Shown here: one piece after another, positions 26,177 to 38,016 of the stretch
Layout of the letters: every line of letters starts with the position of its first letter
Numbering within the stretch: the stretch's first letter is position 1
Assembly: GCF_963921235.1 (NCBI RefSeq)
Contig: NC_086109.1
Span: 25,112,001 to 25,172,000 of the forward strand
DNA: 60,000 bases
Direction: 5' to 3'
Origin: Mobula hypostoma
Lineage: Eukaryota
Position numbers and translations under genes: made by a program
Notes under the pieces: model-generated
Told to the model about the DNA's origin: nothing
The model's input: the letters and a program-made list of their open reading frames with translations, nothing else
Databases searched by the model: none

Positions 26177-27459
26177 GTAAGTAATGTGTGCTTTAATTCT
26201 TTTAACCAGTACAGATCACTTTTTATCATAAATTTTAAGAAGTAGCATTTATCAAAGAAAATTTGCAACTAAGAAATAGGAAGATGGGCCACAACGCCTC
26301 AGATCAGCTCTCCCATTTAATAATATCATGGCTGACCTGATGGTCAAGGAACAGAAACAGGCCCTTCTACACCAATCTTATATAGACATACAACGCAGAA
26401 TAGGTCCTTCCCTCTCAATGAGCTGCACTACCCAGCAATCAACCGAATCACAGAACAATTTACAATGACCAATTGACCAACTAATTGGCACATCTTTGCA
26501 CTGTGAGGGAAAATGGAGCACCTGGAGAAAACCCATATTATCATGGGGAGAACTTGCAAACTCCTTTCTGACAGCGCCAGAATTGAACTCCAAACCCTGG
26601 AATGACCCGGGTTGCACTAACCACTACACTGCCATGACTTCCACAAGAATCCTTTTTAACTTCGGCCATTTTTCCTGTGTTTGGTCCATATCCCTCTAAC
26701 CCTTTCCTATACATAGACCTGTCCAAGAGTCTTTTAAATATTGTTGTTGTACCTGCATCAACAACTACTTCTGGTAGCTCATTTCATATATGCATCGCCT
26801 TCTGCACAAAGAAGTTGACTCCTTTAGTCCTTTCCTCTCTTAATTTAAACTTAAGCCTTCTAGTTATTGATTCACTTTCCCTGGGAAAAAGATGCCCTTC
26901 ATGACGTTTTACATCTCTGGAAGGTCTACAGCAGGGTTTACCATCCTGGGGTCTATGGTAAGGCTCCATAACATAAAAAAGGTTGGGAACCCCTGGTCTA
27001 AGGTCTCTGTCTTCATTTTAAACTTCAGCCTTCTACCTGATTTTCCCATAACAGTCCAAAGGAGAAACTGATTCCAGGTGTGACTGCAAGTGCTCAAGAT
27101 AAGCTTGTCAGTGAGTGGGTACAAATGTTGGTTAAGCTGCAACAGTTGTCCAAGGCAATCTTGATAAACACACAGAGCCAGATGCCATTCCTGTTTAACA
27201 AAGGGTTTCTATATTCACTCAGCCAGATGAAAGGAAGAGAATTCAGCCAGTGTCACTGGGAGTTTTCATTTATATTTTTTTTATTTTTCTCTAAAACTTT
27301 TGTAGACAGATGGCTGAAACCCTAGGGAATATCTATTGTAATGATTGGTATCCGGTGTTTATGAATGTGGGGAAATTAATGCAGATTATACTCATTATTG
27401 CCTTAACTTGGATAGAGTCATCAATGATTCACTGATGCAACCGAACATAAATCTTCGAG

Positions 27460-28210
27460 TTTCTGTAAATATGAACTCCCACCTGTAGGACTTTTTCTAA
27501 ATATTGAGATCCTATATCACAACTATGGGACTATTCCTAAATATAAGTCCTACTGTGGTAAATTTACAAATATTAATATATCTCTGAAAATTCTCTGGAA
27601 ACAGTAATATGTGGAGATTCTCTGTCAACTAGTGTGTCTGCCATAACTCTAAATGTTAACAAATATGTAAGAGTAACATGTCTGTAGGATTTTCTCTAAA
27701 TATCATCACACTTAAGAAACTCTCCAATAGTACAAAGTTCAAAGTAATTTTATTATCAGAGTAGGTATTTGTCACCATATACTACCGTGAGATTTATTTT
27801 CTTGCAGACATTTACAGTAGAACACAGAATATAATGGATTCAATTAAAAACGACGTACAAAGACAAACAACCAATATGTATAAAGAAAACAAAATGGGCA
27901 ATTTTTTAAAATATATAAATAAGTAATACTGAGAATACAAGTTATAGAGTCTTTGAAAGTGAGCCCATATTAAAATACAAGTGGTCACTAAATCCTAATA
28001 CATTTTCCTATATATTGACACCTGGAGTGACTTTCTGGAAGTACTTACACTCCTGTGAAACTTTTGCAAAATATTGACAAACCTGAAAGGCAGCTGCTAA
28101 ACTTTTACAGGTTTGCATGGACTCTTCTGTAAATTTGAATAAACCTCTGGGATCGTCTATCAATAGTGGCACACCTGTGGACACCACACAAACATGACCA
28201 GACCTGTTTG
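27460..28210. repeat. Degenerate ~30-bp minisatellite, interrupted by a LINE tail (~27733-27968)
   Basis: Units such as acctgtaggactttttctaaatattgagat, tcctgtgaaacttttgcaaaatattgacaa, acctgaaaggcagctgctaaacttttacag, acctctgggatcgtctatcaatagtggcac. Confidence 0.65.
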
Positions 28211-28298
28211 AAATTACGTCATAAAAGCAGAAGAAACTCAGCAGATATCTTCAATGAGTGAATAAAAGGTTAATGTCTGATTTCTTTTGTCTCTACAG

Positions 28299-28910
28299 GT
28301 GCATTGCTTATTTTGGGAGGTATAATGCTGAACCTTATTGCTACTAGCATGTTATTGAGGCCAATTTATCTCCAGGAAAACCAGCCCAAGACGTCAGAAT
28401 CAACTTCTAACATGAAAACACTCATAAATGCTCAGAACAGTCTTTTTCAGAATGGAACAACTAAACAAGGTATCTTTGAGAAACATTCAGAAGGCTGTTT
28501 AATCTCTGCCAACCCCACACTGAGTCACTTGGCAATTGGTCACCTTGGTGATTCTAAGAGCCATGATACCTGTATCTTGACTGACGACAGCCTAAGCATC
28601 AATCCATTGCGAGTGGAGACAGAGACCACCATCACACATGACAGCAAAGCCTTTTTGGATAAAGTAACTTTCAAAAAAACTCACAGTGAGAGTGTTGATT
28701 GTTCAAGCAAGGACAAGGGAATGCAAAGCCTCCCTCCAAAGGAGAAGCTTCTCGACTTCTCACTATTAAAAGATCCTTTCTTTTGTATATACACCTTCTC
28801 AGTGATGTTCAGTCAGTTAGCATACTTCATTCCGTACTTTCACCTGTCGGCCAGGGCCAAAACCTTGGACATAGATGCAATGGATGCATCCTTCATCATT
28901 TCTGTTGCAG
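28299..28910 (+). CDS. SLC16A4: SLC16A4 coding exon D (TM6, large cytoplasmic loop, TM7)
   Basis: tttcttttgtctctacag| ... cag|gtaagc, 612 nt. (G)ALLILGGIMLNLIATSMLLRP...LLDFSLLKDPFFCIYTFSVMFSQLAYFIPYFHLSARAKTLDIDAMDASFIISVA(G). Confidence 0.97.
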
Positions 28911-29090
28911 GTAAGCTCCGCATCAAAAACATTTTGTTTGAATTTTTGCTATTGGTATCCACTCAAGGTATGCATTAATACAGTGGTACAATGATCTCCT
29001 CAATACCACAAATATGTTGTAAAATATAACTCTTCATGTATACTTCTCCGAATTAAATCCCAAAACTCTGAGTGAAGGTATTCCAATGTA

Positions 29091-29644
29091 CATTAAATGG
29101 CCATTTTATTAGGTATACTTGTACACCTGCTCGTTAATGCAAATATCTAATCAACCAATCATGTGGCAGCAACTTAATGCATAAAAGCATACAAACATGG
29201 TCAAGAGGTTCTTGTTCAGACCAAACATCAGAATAGGAAGAAATATGATCTAAGTGATTTTGACTTTGGAATGATCGTTGATGCCAGTTAGTGTGGTTTG
29301 AGTATCTCAGAAACTCCTAATCTCCTGGGATTTTCACATAAACTGTCTAGAATTTATGGAGAATGGTGCAAGAAACAAAAAAATCCAGTGAGTAGCAGTA
29401 CTGTGGGTGAAAACACCTTAATGAGAGAGGTCAGAGTAGAAAAGCCAGATTGGTTCAAGCCAACAAGAAAGCAAAAGTAACTCAAATTACCACGTGATAC
29501 AACAGTGGTGTGCAAAAGAGCATCTCTGAACATGCAACATGTCAAACCTTGAAGTGGATGGGCTAGAGCAGCAGAAGACCATGAACATACTCAGTGGCCA
29601 CTTTATTAGGTACAGGAGGTAACTAATAAAGGAGCAACCGAGTG
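29091..29644 (+). mobile_element. Non-autonomous Tc1/mariner derivative
   Basis: TA flanks, TIR of the cactcagtggccactttattaggtac type; decayed transposase N-terminal HTH (DLSDFDFGMIV...LSISETPNLLGFS...QKSISEHATCQTLKWMG). Confidence 0.85.
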
Positions 29645-30924
29645 TAGTTGTAACCTACCCATAAGAAAAGTTAGGCTTGGGCATCAGCAGATTGTTCACT
29701 ACAAGGCAGAGTGGATTGCAGACTGAACTTGACGGTGTCAACTTCTGGAGCCCACACTTCCACAGCGCAGGATATTTGGAAGATTATTCATCTGAAATTT
29801 GAAAATCATTTAAATATTTCTATATGGACCATCTGTAGTTGTTGAGTAGGCACTTAAGGTTCTGTTTCTTTTCATCACACAAAAATCTTCAGGTTTAATT
29901 TGATATGTTGACTATTTCTCAAAAATGAAACATCTATTTCTTCCAGTGAGAAAAATTTCTCTCACAGACACAGGATTTCACTGATCCCAGCAAGTGCTGT
30001 TTCCGTAGGATTAGCACTATCTTGTAAGTTGCACCTTTGGGGATGGTCACAGTATATAGCTCTCTTGTGTCACCTGGTTTAAAGTGACCTGGAAAACCAT
30101 TCCAACCTGCAATGTGGCACATTCTCTTACTGCTGTCTGCTGTGAATTAACCTCGGGGGCAGGAGGAATTGGCCACGGTTCCTTGGAGTGAAAGCAGTCT
30201 TCTCATTCTGGGACACAATGTGCTTTGCAGCTGTGTTAACAAGAAACAGGAGTGGAATTCCTGGGATGCTCGCGCTTGATACACTTTGATCAGCTGATCG
30301 AGTGGTGTTGCAATAGCAGCCTTGCACTCAACACCAGTAAGACCAAGGAACTGATTGTGGACTTCACCAAGGGGAAATCAAGGGAACGCACACCAGTCCT
30401 CATCGAGCGATCAGCAGTGCAAAGGGTGAGCAATTTCAAGTTCCTGGGGTGTCAACATCTCTGAAGATCTATCCTGGGCCCAAAATTCTGATGCAGTTAC
30501 AAAGAAGGCATGACAGTGGTTGTACAGTATTTTATTAGGAGTCTGAGGAGATTTGGTATGTCATCGATGACACACATTAATTTCTACAGAGGTGCTATGG
30601 AGAGCATTCTGACTGGTTGCATCACCGTTCGGTATGGAGAGAACTCAGCCAGCTTCATCATGAGCACTATCCTCACCAGCATCAAGGACATCTTCAAAAC
30701 ACAATGCCTCAAAAAGGCAGCATCCAACATTAAGGACCCATATCACCCAGGACATGCCTCATTGCTACCGTCAAAGAGGATGTACAAGAACCTGAAGACA
30801 CACTCTCAATGTTCCAGGACAGCTTCTTCCCCCTGCCTTCAGATTTCTGAATGCACAGTGAACCCATGAACTCACTGTTTTTCCCCCTCTCATTTGGTAA
30901 TACTTATTTCATATAATTTTTCTT

Positions 30925-31894
30925 GAAAAAAGGATCTGGTGCTTTCCCAGTGTAAATGATGAATAAATTCTTCTAGGGCTTCCAGCCAGACACAGGTATT
31001 GATTTTAACTGATATTTTGATGACAACCTCAAGCGGGAGGGAATTACTGGAAGTTGGAGAATTCTATGTTCATACCTTCTTCCGTCTTCTTCTGTCGCCT
31101 ACAACTCTTCTTCCGTCGCCTACGTCTCCGAGCCTACTTCTTTGGCAAGGATTCCCCTTCCCCTACTGAGGACCCCTGGTATGAACATAGAATTCTCCAA
31201 CTTCCGGTAATTCCCTCCCCCACCCTTCCCCTAGCCCTATGTCACTCCGCCCCCTCCCCCAGCTGCCTACCACCTCCCTCTTGGTTCCGCCTCCTTCTAC
31301 TACCCATTGTGTTTTCCCCTATTCTTTCTTCACCGCCTATCACCTCCCTCCCTCCCTTCCCCCACCCCTTTATCTTTCCCCTTACTGGTTTTTCACCTGG
31401 AACCTACCAGCCTTCTCCTTCCCACCTTCCCCCATCTTCTTTATAGGGCCTCTGCCCCTTCTCCCTACAGTCCTGATGAAGGGTCTCGGCCCGAAACGTC
31501 GACTGATTGTTTCCACGGATGCTGCCCGACCTGCTGAGTTCCCCCAACGTGTTGTGAGTGTTGCTTTGACCCCAGCATCTGCAGATTATTTTGTGTTTAC
31601 GAGTGGCTTTTGGGACTGCCTAGTGAAGGAAGCCATTGAAATAAAGCAAGAAGAAAAGAATATTAACAAAGTCTAAGGTCTCACTCTAAGTAAGAATTGG
31701 AGTTCAATTGTAAACAAGGTGGGACAGCGGGAACCTGAGTGGATGAGGACTAACCAATCAGAAGGGACGGAATGCAAAGGTATATGTACCACCAGACTAG
31801 ACTGAGCACCATTCTTGATGAAGATGGTAGAGTTTGTCATTGAAACATCAGTTAAAATCAATAACTGTACCCGGCTGGAAGCCTGAGAAGATTT
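30925..31894. mobile_element. Poseidon-type PLE containing a Neptune-type PLE (~31031-31600)
   Basis: Inverted pLTR pieces at 30925-31030(-) and 31601-31894(+) (FWDCLVKEAIEIK); TSD tataatttttctt / tatagtttttctt. Confidence 0.8.
31468..31505 (+). ncRNA. Minimal hammerhead ribozyme (intact core, sense to SLC16A4)
   Basis: CAGUC-CUGAUGA-A-GGG UCUCGG CCC-GAAAC-GUC^GACUG; perfect 5-bp stem I; predicted cleavage after 31500. Confidence 0.85.
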
Positions 31895-32919
31895 TATAGT
31901 TTTTCTTTTTTTATATATATATAAATTGTAATTGATTTTTATTCTTATGTATTGCAATGTACTGCAATACCATACAACAACAAATTTCACAACGCGTGCC
32001 AGTGATACTAAACCTGATTCTGATATCCAGATCCCTTTTATAGGGCAGCTGTAACAGTAATGAAATGAAGAACTTCCAGTTGACCCTGGGGCGTCAGTGT
32101 TATAACCTATTATGCTGTCAATTTAGTTTAAACAAAATGGTGACTGTGTCCTTTATAATACGACATTAAGGGAATGTCTCTGTTGGTTCATCCAGTGACC
32201 CCATGGCAGTCAGATGAATTGGAAAGCAGTAATCAGTAGCAGTGGCTGTGAAATCAGCAGTGAAAACACATCAGGTCCATTAGTATCCACAGGCAAGGAA
32301 ATCTGCCATCCCTGTAGGTGTTCCCTACACCTCCAATGTTGCTGTTTCTGAAATGGTTTGGCAAGTGTTGCCCGACTGACTTGGTTAGTAAGCACAAGTT
32401 AGTCCATAGGGCTTGCTTCTGCACTATATTACCCTAGGATCCTAAGTCACTCATACCTACAGCAATAAGGATGGACAACAAATGATCAAGTTCAAGTTTA
32501 TTTGTCATTCAACCACACACATTCGTACAACAAAACAACGTTCCTCATGGTACATGCAGTCACAAAATAGTATTAGCAGAGGTCCCTGAGTGTCAAGTCC
32601 TGAAGATTGGTGGTGCATGACCTCATCAGAGATCTCAATGTGCATTGAATGAATATAAAATGAATAAAACAGATATCTGTGTAATTTCAGGGGCTAGTGT
32701 TGGCCCACTGTAGTCCAATAGGGAGAATCTGTATGCATAGTGGTAAGATGACTTCATTTCGGTGGACTGGGGGCTTTGCATCTTGTTATCTGCCAGTACA
32801 GATGCACTGAACCTCACAACAATTAGTGCACTTCTGTGCAGTAATGTGCCTTCAAACATATTTTCTGTCCTTTTCTTTCTCTTGCTTCTTATCTTATCCT
32901 TACTGCTTAGCTATTATTA

Positions 32920-33560
32920 TGGAACATAATGTACACCACTCTTCCTGACACTGGCAGGCACATGTTGAGGCCCTTCTCAATGCTGACAGGGCACATAAAA
33001 TGTATTCTTACCATTGAAATGTCCTTGTTTTTAATAACATTTTAGGTAAAAAGACAGCTTTGATTGTAATAGCCTTCTGCTTCGCTCATAACCATGCTGG
33101 GCAAGACAATTACTTGGCAGGTAGTCTTAGTTCCTGGTAGCTCACTCTAAGAATCGAAGGGAGAACTGAGGGTGAAAAGCCATAGGATGAAGAGATCATG
33201 AGGCTGTCCTGGTATCTCATATACACCTGCAGAAACATCCTCCTGTGTTTCCATATTAAGAGAATGGGTTTTTAGTTCCCACTTCAGGCTGGACTGGGGT
33301 GCCTTGAAGTGCAGTCAGTCAATAAATCCAGTGGCCTCTTTCGAGAGAGTGTCATCCAAGGTGGAAGAGATGCAATCAGCAAGCAGGATGCCTGTTGTGT
33401 TTGTATGCAGTCAAGTAAGAAACCTGCAGAATGATCCCAAGTTAAAGTTGAAAGATGGGGAATCACTTTGTCACCTGCGGGATGTATGCACAGCGTCCTG
33501 CATGCAGCAGGTCTCTTTCAAGAATGTTCCAAACACCAACCTTCACCTGGCATTAAACCA
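32920..33560 (-). mobile_element. Possible very old Tx1/L1 remnant
   Basis: Only weak motif echoes (LTWDHS, KWELK, KAITIKAVFLP). Confidence 0.3.
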
Positions 33561-33581
33561 TGATTAATCTGAGGCTATATC

Positions 33582-34258
33582 ATTAGATTAGATTAGATTA
33601 TGAGGACACTCAGTCCTCGTTTATTGTCATTTAGAAAAGCATGCATTAAAAAATGATACAATGTTCCTCCAGAAAGATATCACAGAAACACAGGACAAAC
33701 CAAGACTAAAACTGACAAAACCACATAATTATAACATATAGTTACAACAGTGCAAACCAATACTGTAATTTGATAAAGAGCAGACCATGGGCGCGGTAAA
33801 AAAAGTCTCAAGTCCCGATAGCCCCAACATCTCACGCAGATGGTAGAAGGGAGAAACTCTCCCTGCCATGAACCTGCAAGCGCCACAAGCTTGCCAATGC
33901 ATTGGAAGCACCCGACCGTAGCCAACTCTGAATCCATCTGAAAACTTTGAGCCTCCGACCAGCCCTCTGACACCGAGCACCGAGCACCATCTCTGCCCAG
34001 CGCTTCGACCCCGCCCCGGCTGCCGAGCAGCAAGCAAAGCCGAGGACTTGAGGCCTTCCCCTCCGGAGATTCTGGTCCACACAGTAGCAGCAGCAGTGAA
34101 ACAGGCATTTCAGAAGTTTCACCACATGTTCCTGCGTGCTCTCACATCTGTCACCATCAAATCAGGGTTGCGCATGGCACCCTACTTGACAAATAACAGA
34201 TATCATTCACCGAAGTGGCTGCTGCAAGCTGTGTTGCGCCGCCATCTTCTCCTCCTCC
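33582..34258 (-). mobile_element. CpG-rich non-autonomous LINE-derived element
   Basis: 5' end ggaggaggagaagatggcggcgc; 3' end aatgacaataaac + gaggac-N5-gtcctc hairpin + (taatc)n tail; no recognisable coding domain. Confidence 0.7.
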
Positions 34259-34559
34259 ATTCTGACATATTGAGAAAACTGAACCTTTATCTATTTACTT
34301 TGAATGTAGGTTTCAGGCTGTTTGAAGGATTGTTGGTAAATTGTCAACTACTGTAAGCTTACCCAACTCACTGACTGCCACTGTGAGCTAGATCATTCAG
34401 GACTGAGCCAACTTGGTACTTGCTCAGTGGTGATGCTATCAAGCTACACTTGGTGATGGAGATTGAAGTCCCCCACCTAGCCCATCCCTGCTGCTGCCGG
34501 GTACACACCCTTCATTTGATTATAATGGTAAAAATTGGTTGTTAGACTGCTGAAGCTTC

Positions 34560-35290
34560 AACTCACAACTCACAAGGAGCTGGTTGTGGATTACAGGAGG
34601 AATGGAGTCGGGCTAACCCCTATTGACATAATTGGGTCTGGGATTGAAAAGGTAAACAGCTTTCAGTTCCTCGGCATCCACATCACCGAGGACCTCACAT
34701 GGTCTGTACACACCAGCTGCGTGGTGAAAAAGGCACAACAGCACCTCTTTCACCTCAGATAGTTGAGGAAGTTTGGTATGGGCCCCAAATCCTAAGAACT
34801 TTCTACAGGGCCACAATTGAGAGCATCCTGACTGGCTGCATCACTGCCTGGTATGGGAACTGTACCTCCCTTAATTGCAGGACTGTGCAGAGAGTGGTGC
34901 AGACAGCCCAGCGCTTCTGTAGTTGTGAACTTCCCATGATTCAAGACATTTACAAAGACAGATGTGTAAAAAGGGCCCGTAGGATCATTCAGGACCCGTG
35001 TCACCCCAACCACAATCTATTCCAGTTGCTACCATCTGGGAAACGGTACTGCAGCATAAAAGCCAGGACCAGCAGGCTCCGGGACAGTTTCTTCCACCAG
35101 GCCATCAGACTGATTAACTCACACTGATCTGAGTGTATTTCTATGTTACATTGACAGTTCTATTTATTAAAATTATTATAAATTACTATGATTGCACATG
35201 GCACATTTGGACGGAGATGTAACATAAAGATTTTTACTCCTCATGTATGTGAAGGATGTAAGAAATAAAGTCAATTCAATTCATTTCAAT
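34560..35290 (+). mobile_element. Rex/Babar LINE 3' part
   Basis: KELVVDYRR...FQFLGIHITEDLTWSVH...FYRATIESILTGCITAWYGNC...RLRDSFFHQAIRLIN; tail aataaagtcaattcaatt. Confidence 0.9.
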
Positions 35291-37629
35291 TTCACGCAGG
35301 CTAGAGCATCACAGTATATTCTCAGTGACTCATCTCTATTATATCGTCATTCCTTAATTGTCACCTTATAAATTCAGGAATGCAGTACCCAACAGTATTC
35401 AAGGGAGCAGCTTTTCCTTGAGGTATGCAGCAACTCAGGAAGTTGGTTCACTAAGATGCCTCTCAAGGACAATTAAGGTGGGCAATAAATACCAGCTATA
35501 CCCAGCTCCATAAAAATGATGAAAGATAATCAGGTCTGAAAGTGGAGATACAATACAAGAAGATTCGCACCAATGTTCCCTAAACTTTGTGCATGGCCTG
35601 TCAAGGGTGTGCCTGTTAAGTATCTGCTTCCTCAGGCAGCACATTTCAAATATTCATTACTCTCTGTATGAAAAGATACCCCTTTGATTTTTTCCCTTCT
35701 CATCATAAGCCTCTGCCCTCTAGTACTCAACTCCCCTGCTCTGGGAAAAAGACTGTGATTACCTAGTCAATGTGTGCCTTTGCTGCCTGACCAGCCGAGC
35801 TTGTCCAGCTGTTTTTGTGAGTTGCACTGTTAAGGAGCAGCTGAATTCCTGTGAAGGGAAGGTTTATTGAGACACTCGGGATAGCGGTACTGAAGCAGCA
35901 GTGTTTATTTTGGAAGTACAACTCCTCAGCCAGCTCTATTCTCCCAGCAGGCAGGTTGCCCATTCTGACAGGTTTGGCTGGTTTGTGCTGAGTTTATTTT
36001 TCCTGATGTAGCACCCGACTGTCTGTGAGGCCCACCCACCCTCAAGAGTTCAAAACACGATACAGGAGCAGAATTAGACCATTTGGTCTATCGGGGTTGC
36101 TCTGCCATTCCATCATAGCAAATTTAATATCCCTCTTAACCTCATTTTCCTGCTCTTACTAATCAAGAACCTATCAACCTCCACTTTAAATATAGTAAAT
36201 AACTTGGTCTCATGAACCCCACAGATTCACTATCCTCAGGCTAAAGAAATTCCTCCTCATCTCCATTCTAAAGTGCTGTTCTCCTATTCTGATCATGCAA
36301 AATGTGGTAGCCAAGATTACTGCAGTTTGGTACACTGGAGATGCATAGTTCCAATCAGTTGTGCACAATTAAATTTTCAAGTTCCTCTGAATAAAACAAT
36401 CCATGGATGTGCACAAAGAGAGTTCACAGTTGTGTCTCAGGTAGGTTACAAACGAAAACCCCGAATGTCATTCGGCACAAAGTAGTGACAAGCTTTCTAA
36501 AAGTGTTGAGGTTAGAAGTGTGCTAAGACTCTGTAGAGGAGGCTGCAGAAGCCTTCCTTCACAACTAGCTGGAGTTCACCTGGGGCTGGATTGGTCACTG
36601 AGAATACACCGTGATGCTTTAGCCTGTTGTATACAAATCTATCCCCCGCAATGATCTGTTAAAGCACACAGATCACGTTAATCTTTATATTGTGCCAATT
36701 TGCTAACTCTGCTTTACCCCTTGTGGCCCTATCATTAAATGGTGGAACACACTGAATCACAACTACATGCAGTTTCCCTAGATTATAGGTGTATTATCTA
36801 GCGCCCTTTGTACCCACAGGCTGCAATAATCCATTCCCAGATCAATACCTTTATAGTTCCATATCTGACTGAGACTTCGGAGTCTGATTTTTTATTTCAT
36901 GTGAACCGTTAATGAGATGGATCCCAGGGCACGCCAGTGTACTTGGTCTGAGGAGGACTGTGATTACTTAAATTCAAATCCAGTTGCTATCGTACGTGAA
37001 TTGAATGAAAAGAGGTCACTTTGTGCAAGTACCAACAGTCCGCCCTCTCGCTGGAGAGCAACAGCAGTCACATGGCAACACAACACAGGTCAGGATTTCG
37101 GCAGACTCTGGCTCAGTGACTGAGTGGATAGAGAGGGTTAGAGCTAAGCAGGATCATTTCGTGTTACACATAACCTAAAGTATCAGCATAAGGAACTGGC
37201 CCAATCCTGCTTTCACAATGGTCCTTCTGTTCCCTTGCATGTTTTTGCCTGAATTTCTTGCTGTGTGAAATCTGTCCAGGATTGAAGCTGATTGCTTAAG
37301 ACCCTTTTTTTGGTAAAAGAAACCATTCATTTTTCTGGCCTTGCCTCTCAGTCTGCGTTTCCCTGGTTGCCTAGCAAAAGGAAAGCTTGCTCTGCTGATT
37401 TCTGCATTTCTCTCCCTGTGTCTCTTTGGTCAATCTAAGATTCTATAATTGGACCTATTCAACACTGGAGGCTCTATGACTATTCATCTTAGCTGTTCTG
37501 AACTCCTAAAGTGTCAAACTTTTCGGTTTTGTTAACTGTAGTTCATTTTTGAATTGTTGCTGTGCAGTACAGAGCTTTCTAACAGTGACTTGGGCCGTGC
37601 TTTGAATCTGAGAGGAACCTGAGAGGTAC

Positions 37630-38016
37630 TGGAGGTCTCAGGCTAACTTAGACCACACTCCAAGCAACCCAGGCTATGCTAGTAGTATGTCGAGCAGGTC
37701 ACAGTGAAATTCACCCTGATCGCGGTGAGACTAAGACAGGTCGTACTGAGACGAACACGTTTTGGTGAGACCAACTAACACAAGTCAGGGTGAGACTGAC
37801 ATAAGGGTGAGATTAACACAAGTCACAGTTACAGACTAATGGAGGTCACAGTGAGACTAATGGTGAAAGTTTCCCAAGTCATATCGAGACCATCCCAGGC
37901 CACAGTGAGACCTCCAACCCAGGCAATGGCAAGACGAAACCTAGCCAGGGAAATTAATTCAGGCTGTGGTGAGAGAACCTGGATCAGTCTAGGACTACTT
38001 TAGGTTATAATGAGAC
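37630..38016. repeat. Degenerate ~21-bp minisatellite
   Basis: Consensus approximately CAGGTCACAGTGAGACTAACA; units caggtcacagtgaaattcacc, ctgatcgcggtgagactaaga, caggtcgtactgagacgaaca, caagtcatatcgagaccatcc. Confidence 0.75.

Larger units (their letters stand above)
30270..32023 (+). mobile_element. Rex/Babar LINE 3' part, interrupted at 30925-31894
   Basis: LALNTSKTKELIVDF...FKFLG and FYRGAMESILTGCITV; the 3' tail aaacctgattctgat resumes after a 12/13 TSD. Confidence 0.8.

Noticed and set aside
34699..35127. 142-aa ORF as a host gene
   Set aside because: It is the C-terminus of a Rex/Babar LINE ORF with an upstream stop and frameshift.
37700..37907. Three CACAGTG heptamers as V(D)J RSS
   Set aside because: No ACAAAAACC-like nonamer was seen at 12/23 spacing, and no Ig/TCR segments are nearby.
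27460..38016. CRISPR-like interpretation of the two periodic arrays
   Set aside because: Eukaryotic introns; the units are contiguous and degenerate, with no repeat-spacer structure or cas genes.
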